DNA of 59,095 nt, filler included, from Catajapyx aquilonaris (Eukaryota): assembly GCA_000934665.2 (NCBI GenBank). It is 4 parts of 4 records of this genome, joined end to end, with 100 filler letters (N's around TTAATTAATTAA, not from the genome) between each part and the next. Parts side by side here need not be neighbours in the genome. Positions count along the whole stretch, not along the records: positions 44,401 to 59,095 come from JYFJ02007714.1; 3 more parts are not named here. One strand, 5' to 3'. The translations under genes and the position numbers were made by a program. This document shows positions 48,601-59,095 of the stretch, in pieces. How positions within the stretch are numbered: the first letter of the stretch is position 1; every line of letters starts with the position of its first letter. The notes below the pieces were generated by a model that searched no databases, was not told the origin of the DNA, and worked only from the letters and a program-made list of their open reading frames with translations.

Positions 48601-51600
48601 GAGTACGCTGCCTTGGCAGTTTGGACATCAGTGACAACAGTAAGCGCGAATGTTGTGAAGTTTTAGTCACTTGGGTAATGTGGATATTTTTTTCTACAAA
48701 AGACATGGATGTAGACTTGGCTGGAGTAGTGACGTCCATAAGCAAGAACAAGTCCATCAAACACCTGACCATTGGAAGGAATCTGAATGGTGTTAAAGCA
48801 AAGCATGTAGCCTTTGTGATGGAAGCTGTTGTGCAAATGATACAGGTAACATGGTAGACCGAAATTAAAATTGTAGCAATGTAACTTATGGTTGTCACAT
48901 TTACAGGAGGAAGACTGTGTTCTGCAATCGCTTTCGATATCTGATTCAAAGTTGAAGTCTGATCTTTTCAACCTCATCAATGCCCTTGGAAGCAATCACT
49001 GCCTACAAAGCATTGATATAAGGTGGGCAAAAAATTTGGATAATGGTTCAACTGTTTGTATGGATCACTTGATGTGTTTATGTCAGGAATTTTGTGACAC
49101 ATTGAGCCATACACCATCTGCATTTTAGGCTTCTTGCATTGAAAGGCACAACCTTGTGCAGTATCATTGATAGTTATGACTTTGCTTGACAGTGGTAACA
49201 TGATGGGTGATGGTGGAGCTCGACTCCTGGCCAAAGCACTCCAAATAAATTCAAGACTGAGAAGCATAATTTATGATCGCAACAACATTACACTCCAAGG
49301 GTATAGTGACGTCACATATGCTCTGGAGAGGTTAGTGTTTTGTTTGGAATATTGTGACAGTTATAGTGTTATCAAATAGATGAAATTCTGCTAATGGGAA
49401 ATTTATGTTTGGCAGTAACTTCACAGTGCGCTATATGCCCTTCCCCATTCATGATGTGATGCCCTGCATGAAGGCTGCTCCTGAGCGAACCGAAGCACTA
49501 ATGAGGCGCATTCAAGAACTACTCCATCGAAATGTTTCACCCAAGAAGTACAGCCACGGACAAGCGTTCAGGTTGCAGCAGGTAGGCCTTTCTTCATAGA
49601 TTTACATATTGAAGCTTGATAAGTGGTATTTTCAGGGATTCTTGCTGAGCTCAACCCAACAAATGGTGGACCGCTTGGTGGTGCAAACGCAGGATACTAT
49701 TCGGGCCCTTAGAAAGGACTCGCATGACTCAAACAACGACATAAATCTGGCTGAAGGCCTCATTCAGGATGCAGATAAGTCGAAGCAGCTACTGACTCGC
49801 CTGCAGGAGGTGGTCCAGCGCCGTGAAGAGGCAGGCAACCCTGTGGATCTGAAGTTGCACCAGATCGCAGAGGACCTGCACACAGTCATCTCCAATTACC
49901 TGCAGGGCACGGTGGAGGCTATGATCAAGTGCGCTGAAGATCAGTGTCCTCACACCCTGATCGACAAGGTGCAGGGTGAGATCCGAAAGACTTGCCAAGA
50001 GAAAAGCGTCCTTTCACAGGAGTTTGTGCAGACATGCATTGTTGAGCAGGCTGGGACTGACATCATGAACAAAGTCAAGTAGGTGACTCACACTTCTCAT
50101 CCAAGTCAATTGTGCAATAAATGCTCTCTTGCAGCGAGCTGAACTTAGCTGTGGCTGCACATGTCTCGGATCGCATAATTGATGAAGTCATCGAAACATT
50201 AAGCAGAAGCTATAAAACACTGGTAGGGGATGTGAACAAGAAGCGAGCATCCACTCCCGATGTGCTCAAGATGCGCACACGATTGGTTTCGTCATCTGAT
50301 TCCTCAGGGAAAGGCGAGCAGGATGAGACAGTATCTCTGGGAGATAATGCTAGTCAGAAGTCAGATCAGTCCCCTATGGTGAGTTGATGATGTTGCAATC
50401 TTCTATGGGTGATAAGATAGCATTCTTGGCCTTGTTGAGGGGAAGCTTTTCACTTGGGTTGTAGCAAAGGCTTTGGGACTAACTAAAAAAATAGTTGCAC
50501 AAATGGCTTCCAAATGTTGTGCCAGTGTCATCTGCAAGACACACTTGATGGAGACAAGTGATGAGACCTGCAAGGTCAGGAGGAAAAGTGCCCCAGAAAG
50601 GGTCTATGAGACTGAGGTGATTATTAATGTTTTGTGTATGGATACTAAAATCCTGTCTTACCTTTCATTCACACGCCAACCTGCTTCTGTAGAAATTGGA
50701 GTACTTGAATCTTGTAAGTATTGGGGTTTGATGAGTGACCTGCATAATATGACAATGCTTTGCATGTTGAGGTGGATGTGTATGTGGGGGCTTTGGGGTG
50801 CTTTGACTGCATGAAGATATACAGTGGTTAGAGAAAATAATGGGGCCCCCTGCAAAAAGCAGGTGAATTTTCTCCTTCATTGTACTCAAAAACTAGAAAG
50901 GTTACAGAGATGGCCTTTACTGATTTTTGTAGCTCTGTCGATGTACATTTACAGACATGAAGATGACAAAAATCACAAGAGGAAGAGGAGAAACAAAAGA
51001 CTAACGATACCCTCCCAGGCCCCTTTTTTTATCCCAGTGTCCCACCCTTTTCATTTGAAAATGAAAATACTTACAGATATGAACTTCACTGGGTTTTGAA
51101 GCTTTATCGATGTCACTTTGTGCGCTATCGAGATGTACCAAAGTTACTGATTGGGGGGGGGTTTTAAATAGAAACGACACCCCCTTTCCCTGGCACTAAA
51201 TCTGAGAAGAGGTTGGACAAAATAATGTCTAGTAAGTTTGGGTCGAATTTTCGTCCCGCTGCTATTTACTACTAACTTACCAGTACCATATTTGGCACTG
51301 GTACTGCTAAGTTAGCATTAGCTAGCAGTGGGGCGAAAAATTTTCGTGGTTTGCATTCAAGCAGTGCTGGGGAAGGGGGGTGAAGTTTCTATTTTTCCCC
51401 CCCTCTCCCTGTCGGTAATTTTGGTCCATCTCTCTACCGCACAGAGTGACATCGATAGAGTTTCAAAACCCAGTAAGGTTCATATCTGTAACTGTTATTG
51501 TTTCCAAATAATTGGGTATAGTACGTACCTCATATGAGGTTTTGCACGGACCTTTATTGCCACAAGGTAGTACAGTTTGTCATGTTTGGGTGACTGGGAG

Positions 51601-53976
51601 GGGATGTGCAATGTCGGCACTATGGTCATTTTGTGAGCTCCCCCGGGTGGTTCGTCTATCGGAAATCTCACCCTAGACGAAGCCGGAGATGACCCCGAAC
51701 TCCACACGAGATGAAAGGGGAATGCCCGGCCTTGGTATCGAACCCAGGACCCTTCCATCTGTGGGATTGTTTCCAAATGAAAAGGCCGGGACAATGGTCA
51801 AAAAAAAAGGGGGGGGGGTGGTCGTTCGTGTTTTGTGTCATCTTCATATCTGTAAAGAGCTTCAAATATCAGTAAAGGCCATCTCTGTAACTTTTTTAGT
51901 TTTCGAGTACAATGGAGGAGAAAATTCACCTCCTTTTTGCAGGGGGCCCTGTTATTTTGTCCAACCCCTGTTGTTCATTTGGTAATGTGAAAGCAGTGGA
52001 GGGCAAAGAAGGGAGATGTTTTTTAAAACCTGTTAGAAAACATGAAAAAGACATGCACATACGGGGTTTCAAAGATTGATTTGCTGTACTTCCTAATAAC
52101 TTTCAGTGCATGCCATTCCTAAGGGTTACATAGAGTGATACTCTCTTGTCATTTTTTCCTCCTGATGTTCTCTGAGATGTGAAGATCTAGGCCTTAAAGT
52201 GATTATTTTTCCAATACTATGATATAGGCTACTTACATAAGTGAACCTCAGAACAGATTTATTACCATATCTGCAACAATATTTTAACTGTAGTTTTGCA
52301 TCGCTTCTGTGTGTTCCATATGGGAGGTTATCATGAATGGTGCAGGCTGCCTTCGGTAACACAAAATATCTAATCTTGAAACCAGCTGATTTCAGTAGGA
52401 GTGCATAGGTATACTTTAAGGTGGTTTGGCCATGTATAGAGGATGAAGGAGGAGGAGATTGGGAAGAAGGTTTATTTGGGTGGAGTTGTTGGTAAGAGGG
52501 GTAGGTCTAGAAAGACATCGGTGGACCAAGGATGTCAGTGTCTTAAGTGTAAGGGTGTTAATAGTGTAAAGTCTCAGTGTGTATGTGTCAAGAGGACCAT
52601 GGACAGGGATGAGGCTAAGATTGGTTGCTTAGATAGGTGTAAATGGCTTTGGTTAATTGGGGGGGGGGGGGGCTGTTGNGGCTGTTGAGTAACAGTAGGG
52701 CTTATGTTATGCACATATTTTGTACAAAGTTGTGTTATTATTGGATGATATTGTTTTGGATTTTACTAGTTTATGTAAATGTTTAATAGATTTGTTGACA
52801 TGAGTGGGTGTTGGTTTAGTTCAGATGTGGGGTTAACGTGTCTCCCCTACATCTCTGACTACTGCTTACAGGGAAATGGATGACTATGATGATGTAAATT
52901 GATCAATCAGTGTGATACTAATTGTGCATGCACATAAATGCTGTTTCACTAATTCTGTAATTAGGAAGTGGGGTGGGAAATGGGCCTTTAGGGAGCAGTT
53001 TGTGTGCAGTGGCCATTCATAAATTATGCATTTTGTACAATATGTGTTACATATTGATGACAACAGTGAATAGCACCCTATTGTTCGAGATGCCAAGTGT
53101 TCATTCAATTCTGCCATGTATTGAAATGGATGATTGCACATTTACTTGTTGCTGAGTGTAGAAGTCGTTCAGAATGGTCTATTGTAAGAGGGTGCTATTT
53201 TGGGCAGTGTGGGGAAACAGCTTCTGCAGCCTGCCATTCATTCCATAAGCCAAATCGAGACTGGATGAGTTGTTCCTTGTATTCATTGGAGAGCTACTCA
53301 CACATTTCACAAGTGAAAAAAATAGGAGTTTGAGTATAAATGAGCTAAAATCTATTAGCAGTTCAGGCTCACTGTCTTGTCTTAATCCATCTCCTTCAAA
53401 CTAAATGGATTTTGAGGCAATCAAGTCTTGTTGATCAGTTGGAATTACCATGTGATGCATGTAGTTACCTAGGAAATTGTATTCATGACATGCCAACTCG
53501 GATAAAACGTCCTTTCACATAGTCAGTAGATATGTTATTGGGATTGGTGTAAAGGTGAGGATCAAAATAAGCCAGTGGATCAGCATGACAAAATTTGGGA
53601 TAAACTACAGCATACCGTTACACAGTATCTCAAGATGGAAGTGAAAAGGCACGTGCTTCATTGTGGTATCATTCCTCAAATCAGTTCCATAGGAAATTAT
53701 GTGTATAAAATTAATGTTATTTTTTATCAGCCACATTCCTTCTGTGCCCGTCATATGCAATGATATTGGCATAGGTGCATTTTTGCCTGCTAGTCTTCTC
53801 ATGCCATAATACAGATGTTGATGTGATTATTTTACAGGCCACACCGCAATTGTCCAATAAAAGGAAGTCACTTCATGGTCGAAAGCTTCGACCCAAATCA
53901 GTAGTGGACAGCGTTGAAGGACTGTCTGCCGATGACATACCAGATCTCCTTCCTGGTCTGCCGAAATCAGCTGAAG
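45579..53976 (+). CDS. CARMIL: CARMIL / F-actin-uncapping protein LRRC16 (LRR region through homodimerisation domain; partial gene)
   Basis: GT-AG exons with consistent phases: 45579-45652, 45736-45900, 45961-46055, [46936-46977], 47849-48036, 48104-48181, 48239-48420, 48488-48639, 48703-48845, 48907-49022, 49193-49330, 49416-49581, 49636-50078, 50135-50378, 53838-53976. Peptides [40 protein letters not shown] and [20 protein letters not shown] match CARMIL as recalled. Confidence 0.96.
45736..45900 (+). CDS. CARMIL: CARMIL exon ([12 protein letters not shown]...GAKW)
   Basis: tacag|G GAC ... TG|gtgagt. Confidence 0.93.
45961..46055 (+). CDS. CARMIL: CARMIL exon (DFAHKL...MIEDK)
   Basis: tgcag|G GAT ... 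G|gtgagt. Confidence 0.93.
46936..46977 (+). CDS. CARMIL: Candidate 42-nt CARMIL cassette exon ([14 protein letters not shown])
   Basis: Long pyrimidine tract plus ttag; phase 1-1; donor AAG|gtgtgg; peptide resembles the LRR helix. Confidence 0.65.
47383..47594. mobile_element. Harbinger-like palindromic MITE in a CARMIL intron
   Basis: GAGTGCGTTTACATGGGACTAAAAATCGGCC ... GGCCGATTTTTAGTCCCATGTAAACGTACTC. Confidence 0.85.
47849..50378 (+). CDS. CARMIL: CARMIL block of ten closely spaced exons
   Basis: Introns of 54-170 nt, all GT-AG; coordinates listed in the whole-gene feature. Confidence 0.95.
50822..51970. mobile_element. Tc1-like foldback MITE hosting a palindromic MITE (51245-51346) and a SINE
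   Basis: CAGTGGTTAGAGAAAATAAT ... TTATTTTGTCCAACCCCTG; related copy at 54529-55362. Confidence 0.75.
51510..51765 (-). mobile_element. 5'-truncated tRNA-derived SINE, family C
   Basis: B box GGTTCGATACC on minus; 13-bp TSD ATTGTTTCCAAAT (51497-51509 / 51766-51778). Confidence 0.8.
53838..53976 (+). CDS. CARMIL: CARMIL exon ([24 protein letters not shown]...SAE)
   Basis: tacag|GCC ... G|gtatgt, in phase with 50378. Confidence 0.9.
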
Positions 53977-54087
53977 GTATGTGTGTTGTTCTATGCCAGG
54001 GGTCTAAAATAGATTTTCATGTATGGTGGAAGGATCCTGGCTTGGAAACCATGAGAATCATGGCAGCCAACATACAGCCAAAAAGAT

Positions 54088-54383
54088 ATGGGTGATAGGG
54101 ATTGCATATGGAAGAAGCATGTCACAGGCCTGAAAGCCTGCCCACTCACTTGAACCACGATGACTATTCTGACAAGTATGGATACCCTTGTACATGCCTG
54201 CATCACTGGTTGCCGGAATCAGGCGGTTGAGCAACAGTCTGGGAGTGCGATCCCGACCACCAGCGCTGCAGGCATGTACAAGGGTATCGATACTTGTCAG
54301 GACAGTCATTGTCAACATCAACATCATCGCCAGGCTTTTGGGCCAATGCCATGCTTCTTCCATATGCACCCCTTACCACCCAT
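54088..54383. repeat. Imperfect intronic palindrome
   Basis: tgcatatggaagaagcatg / catgcttcttccatatgca and gatacccttgtacatgcctgca / tgcaggcatgtacaagggtatc. Confidence 0.8.
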
Positions 54384-54528
54384 CCAGAAGTGGGACAGGT
54401 ATCTTCATGTTCTTAGAGCATCTCAACCGGGGTTCCACGAGCAATCGCCAGGGGTTCCGCAAGAAATAGTAACAAATAGGTTAATCATATGTAAATGTAT
54501 TTTTGAGTCATTAATCAATATTTATGTA

Positions 54529-55362
54529 CAGGAGTTGGACAAAATAATAGGGATACTTGCAAAAAGCGGTTGAAAGTTCGCGTCGGTTTTATTTGAAAAC
54601 TGGAAATGCTATAAAGATAAATTTTACTGAGTTTTGAAGCTCTGTCGATGAACATTTGTCAAGGTATGCAGATGGCAAAAAAATGACGAGATGAGGGGGA
54701 AAACGAAAGTTGAACGACATCTCAGCCACAATTTTCGACCAGTTTCCCACCCTATTCATTTGAAAACCTAAAGAGTTACAGATATGAACATTAATGTGTT
54801 TTAAGCTCTTTGTGTGGTACACAGATGGCCCAAAAAGCTACGAGAGAGGGTGGGGAAAAAAGAGAAATAGCACCCCCCAGAACTAAATCCGAGACAGCTA
54901 CAGACTGTTCAATACTTGAATGCATCCACTGCAAGAAGGATTTGGGCTGTATTGAATTCAAATGTCGTCAAACACCATAGTAATTAAGAAATTGTAGTGT
55001 ACACTAACGACTAACTGTAACATGGGTTTCCATTATCCAACCCACGCCACACAGTTACATGAATAGAACTTCAGTACCCAGTAAAGTAAATATCTGTAAC
55101 TGCTTTCGTTTGCAAATGGAAAGTGAGGGACACTCTGGTTGAAAATAGCAGCTGGGGGGTGTCATTCGAATTTTGTTTACCCCCCTCCTCTTGGGACTTT
55201 TGTAAAATCTGTACACCTAGACAAATGTACATCGACAGAGCTTCAAAACTCAATAAAAGTCGTATAATTATGTAACTTTTCCAGTTCCTGTTTTTGAATA
55301 AAATAGACACGGAACTTTCGACCTCCTTTAGCAGGTGTCCCTATTATTTTGTCCAACCTCTG
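54529..55362. mobile_element. Tc1-like foldback MITE, second related copy
   Basis: TA|CAGGAGTTGGACAAAATAATAGGGA ... TCCCTATTATTTTGTCCAACCTCTG. Confidence 0.75.
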
Positions 55363-55518
55363 TTAGGCTCAAACGCCGAAAACGCTCATTGAGCAAAAAA
55401 GCGACAATTTCACGAAATGGTCGTTTTCAAACTAGCATGTTCCAACATGGTCGTTTTTTTTTTTCGCTCATTGATCATTTTGTGTGTTTGAGCCTAGCAT
55501 ATTTAATAAATAAGGGTG

Positions 55519-55619
55519 GAATTTTCGTCCCACTGCTAGTTAGTGCTAACTTAGCAGTATCAGTGTTGGTACTGGCATTGGCTAAGTTAGCAGTATCTAG
55601 CAGTGGGACGAAAATTCGA
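55519..55619. mobile_element. About 100-bp palindromic MITE (GCTAACTTAGC family)
   Basis: GAATTTTCGTCCCACTGCTAG ... CTAGCAGTGGGACGAAAATTC. Confidence 0.8.
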
Positions 55620-57250
55620 TATTTAATTTTTATGTAGGGGTTCCCTGAGACATGAATATAATTTCAAGGGTTCCGCATGGGTAAAAAGGTTGAGAAACGG
55701 TGTGTTAGAGAGTACACTAGAATAAACCTGCATTCCAAGTCATTCTGGCCTCTCACCTCTATTATGTTTATCCCTGCATGTAATTTGCTCTTATGATGGC
55801 TTAGGGACAGGTTGTTTTTAGAATACTTCTTGGTTCTCCTGCCACTCTAATGTAAACAGAATTAGGCAGATGAAACTTGTCCAGATTTTTGGCAGATATG
55901 TTTCTGGATTTATTTGTAACCACGAGCCACAACTGGTTGGCTAACTTGTTTCATTTGAATTAACCTTGTATGATCCAGGTGACTGCAAAACTTGGCAATA
56001 CATACAGTATTATTGGCCCCATAACATCTACGTTTGTACATGTAGCATGTGATAAGGTAAGGAATGTTGATTAAAGAGAAAGTAAAGGACCCCTTGCACC
56101 ATGATAAGCTGTGAAGCTCTATATCAGTGTTGTCAAGATAGGATCATAGAGGGCAGAATTGCAACTTCACAGGCAGTAGAATCTGGATGGTATCACATCA
56201 GTGCATACATGGCTATAACTGGCAGCATACATAGAGGATAGAAGGGCCTGGCAGTCATTTCTGCAAATTTTCATGTGTATATTTTTTCTAGTGGAACTGC
56301 ACTTAGAAGCTAATATGAAACACCTAGGAAGGACTTTCTTAATGGGAGACTGAATGTGGCAGGTGTAGGGGCACGCTGCACCTACCTACCCCATGACCTA
56401 ACCTTCCTTCCTGGCGGATACACGCCTATCTTTCAGTGGATACATGCCTAGGAGGGTCTCCTGTTACGCAAGCAAAGCCAAACACTTACAGCCAAGTACC
56501 CTGTGTTTTAGGTGAAAGTACTATGTCCCAAAAAGTCTGAGCTGAATGTATCCTGACCATTACATAGCTGTCAGCACTCACCCATGGCGAAGTCTGTGGA
56601 GAAAAAAAAAACACTGGATTGCTGATGGTTGCATTGTGCCAAGACACATTTGGTCCCAGTGTGATCTGATACTCTTCCAACATATTTTTCCCCTTTTTGT
56701 AACTTCATGAGAGATTGTCCTATTGTTTAGGGAAGATTTGTGCTGTAGTAATGAGGTGATGGAACCAAGTGATTGTGCCAAGTCCTTCATTTGTTGCTAC
56801 TGCATGAGAAATGTGCTGTAATCAGGTGCTGATTGTCATACCCGCCATCAAGGGTATATGGCCAAGCAAGCTCCTGGGATGCGCAGGTTCAGTATATTGA
56901 GGACACCAGATTGAAGAGTAAACCAAATATATTGTATCATTCTTGAGAGCTGGTACAAAAAGGAGACTTGGGGGAGCACCCCCTTGCCTTTATAGTTTCA
57001 GCCATCCTCCCACACAATGACGTCAGAGTGGATGCAGGGTGGAAGAAGGGCATACACATGCCAGACAAGTGGCGGGAAAACAGGAACAGGCGGGAAATGG
57101 TTCTGACAGTAATACTGGCGGGAACAATGTTCCTGACATTTTACATTTTACAGTATATGCTGTTTTGAGGGTTTATTCTAACCAAGGAGGAGATACAGCA
57201 TGATCCTCTGCCCATGTCATTAAGTTTAAGAGGATATGTGAAGATGTTAA

Positions 57251-58036
57251 CCCTTTGAGGCCTACATGCATCACATGATGATCTGCGGGTTTTTGAACTG
57301 GGCGTGCTAGAGTTAGACAGAAATGGCGCAGTTTGGGGCTCAAACTGCTCCTACCACCTCGTGGAAGGGGGCTCAACTCCCATGGCGTATACAAAGGAGG
57401 CATGGTGGTCTAGTGGTTACGCCACTGACCAGCCAAGCGGGAGGCCGGGGTTCAAATCCCGTCCCCATCACCTCTGCTTGGCCGGGTCTTTTTCCGCTTT
57501 TCACCTGACATGCCGAGGCAGAATTGCACTCCCTACTCTGCCCAGGGCCAGGAGAAAAGGCCTGGTGTTTAAAGAATGTCAGAAATGACTCGCACAGTGC
57601 CCTCCCTTGGGAACCTCCCCTTCCCCCCTAAGAGGGCCTCGGGCCCTATCACGTGGTATCCAAAAATATAAAATATAAAAATAAAACTCCCATAGCGTAT
57701 GCTAATAAGTTTTTCCGCCTCCCAGTGTGAGCTAAACATCCCCCTCCAGAACAGGGGGTGTGCTGTAAGTTTGGACTCTTAGGAGTTTCTGATAGTACAG
57801 TGTTTTAGTGTTATTTTGTAACCATAGTAACAATTTTATAGTGACTTTAAAAATTTAAATTAATTTAATTGCATTTAAAGTTAATTGCACTTTAAAAGTT
57901 TTTCTGGAACACCCTGTAGATGAATTTTTTCAGCATTTTACATTCAAAAGGACCACCACGAGTTAAAATGATAAATATTGGAGCAAATTTTTATAAAGAA
58001 AGGGAAAAAACTGCAAAAAAAACTCCAAAGAAAGTG
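57251..58036. mobile_element. piggyBac-type MITE, copy 2 (inverted), interrupted by a SINE
   Basis: TTAA|CCCTTT ... AAAGTG|TTAA; reverse complement of 35045-35561. Confidence 0.85.
57391..57684 (+). mobile_element. tRNA-derived SINE, family D
   Basis: A box TGGTCTAGTGG, B box GGTTCAAATCCC, A-rich tail, 16-bp TSD AACTCCCATRGCGTAT. Confidence 0.9.
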
Positions 58037-58386
58037 TTAAGGATTAGTTACACCAGAAACCAGGTTAGAGGTCAAAAACCAAATTAATGGAAACAACAAT
58101 CAGGTCCAGAGGCATTGGTAATGATTGTTGCTTCTCTTTAAATTAGTTGGGAGTTATCAATCTCTAACTTTTTCACCTATCCCCATCTTGAACAAGTGAC
58201 TTCAGCAGTCCACCACTCTAAGTAAATGTTACACTATTGAAAGAAGGACTTCGGCACTCACAGATGACGTATAGTAATGCATTGTAATGCAGTGGAAGTT
58301 CTACAGCTTCAAACTTTCCCAAGTCGAAGAATATCCTGACATTGGTCCCTGAATCACATAAGACATCAGTGTGCCAAGTTTCAGCA

Positions 58387-58597
58387 GGGCAATTCCATGG
58401 CGCAGCCGTCCGTACGTAACGCAAGTGTTGCCTACGTGCACAAGAGTATTTTATTATAACAATGCCAGGATGCATGCACTACATGCTTAATCCATTTCAT
58501 GTAATGTGTGGGTATTGCTACAATAAAATACGCTAGTACATGTCTGCAAAACCTGCGTTACGCACGGACAATATGGCCGCCTTTCGTGGAATTGCCC
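58387..58597. mobile_element. Palindromic MITE with 4-bp TSD, Sola2-like
   Basis: AGCA|GGGCAATTCCA ... TGGAATTGCCC|AGCA. Confidence 0.65.
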
Positions 58598-59095
58598 AGC
58601 ACTCTTAGTAGTCTGGATGTCGGTTCGGTAGCCTGGACACACATACATAACAAATTTTCCAATTTATAAATATGGAGACGCTATCTTACTGGTTACTAGC
58701 AGACTAAAACTTGTGGATTGACTCACAAGTGGGTGAACCAAGAGATGTTATTGTATTGTTAGTTACTAAACATTTCTTCAGAGAAAAATCATTGTATGTG
58801 TTATCAAAGGTCAATTATGAGCTTTTTTCCTGAAAGGGTAAATAGTGACATGTCATTACAGGGGCTGCATTCTTGTTTATTTTGCATTTGACAGTGTGGT
58901 AAGAAAGGCAAATGTATTTGTACTGTTTTTCCCTGAGCAATTTGTTCAGACTTCTCTATCTGAAATTATTGTCTCCACTCCCAATTGTTTTAAAAATTCC
59001 TTGTCCCTTGGAGATTTGAATCATGGAAGTTATGCTGTAATTTTCTCTGATTGGCTCTTCTTTAAGGAATGATTGATTTCTGGTGTCCCTTATAG

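Noticed and set aside
48640..48702. Stop-free 63-nt in-frame CARMIL intron as coding sequence
   Set aside because: Canonical GT-AG, typical size, and removal restores the LRR register (DISDNNMDVDL).

Overview
Eukaryotic, probably arthropod, nuclear DNA. The window is four near-equal segments (1-14723, 14824-29511, 29612-44300, 44401-59095) joined by identical 100-nt N/TTAATTAATTAA/N spacers, so adjacency across the spacers should not be trusted. Two host genes are visible. One is the first coding exon of an SLC7/LAT-type amino-acid transporter (minus, 2397-2664). The other is 13 exons plus a candidate 42-nt cassette exon of CARMIL/LRRC16 (plus, 45579-53976, both ends outside the segment). The rest is densely nested mobile DNA: two RTE-X-like LINE fragments, a decayed short-LTR Ty3/Gypsy element, five tRNA-derived SINE copies from four families, and many palindromic non-autonomous DNA transposons. 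The most notable item is a 1045-bp Transib/RAG-like non-autonomous element (36845-37889) with a 5-bp TSD and ends resembling V(D)J 23-RSSs (CACAGTG-22/23 nt-ACAAAAAT). Also notable are a covarying 3' stem-loop shared by three different SINE families, a double fold-back rearrangement in the Gypsy, and a 20-bp palindrome with an 8-bp TSD. All calls are by eye; no searches were run.
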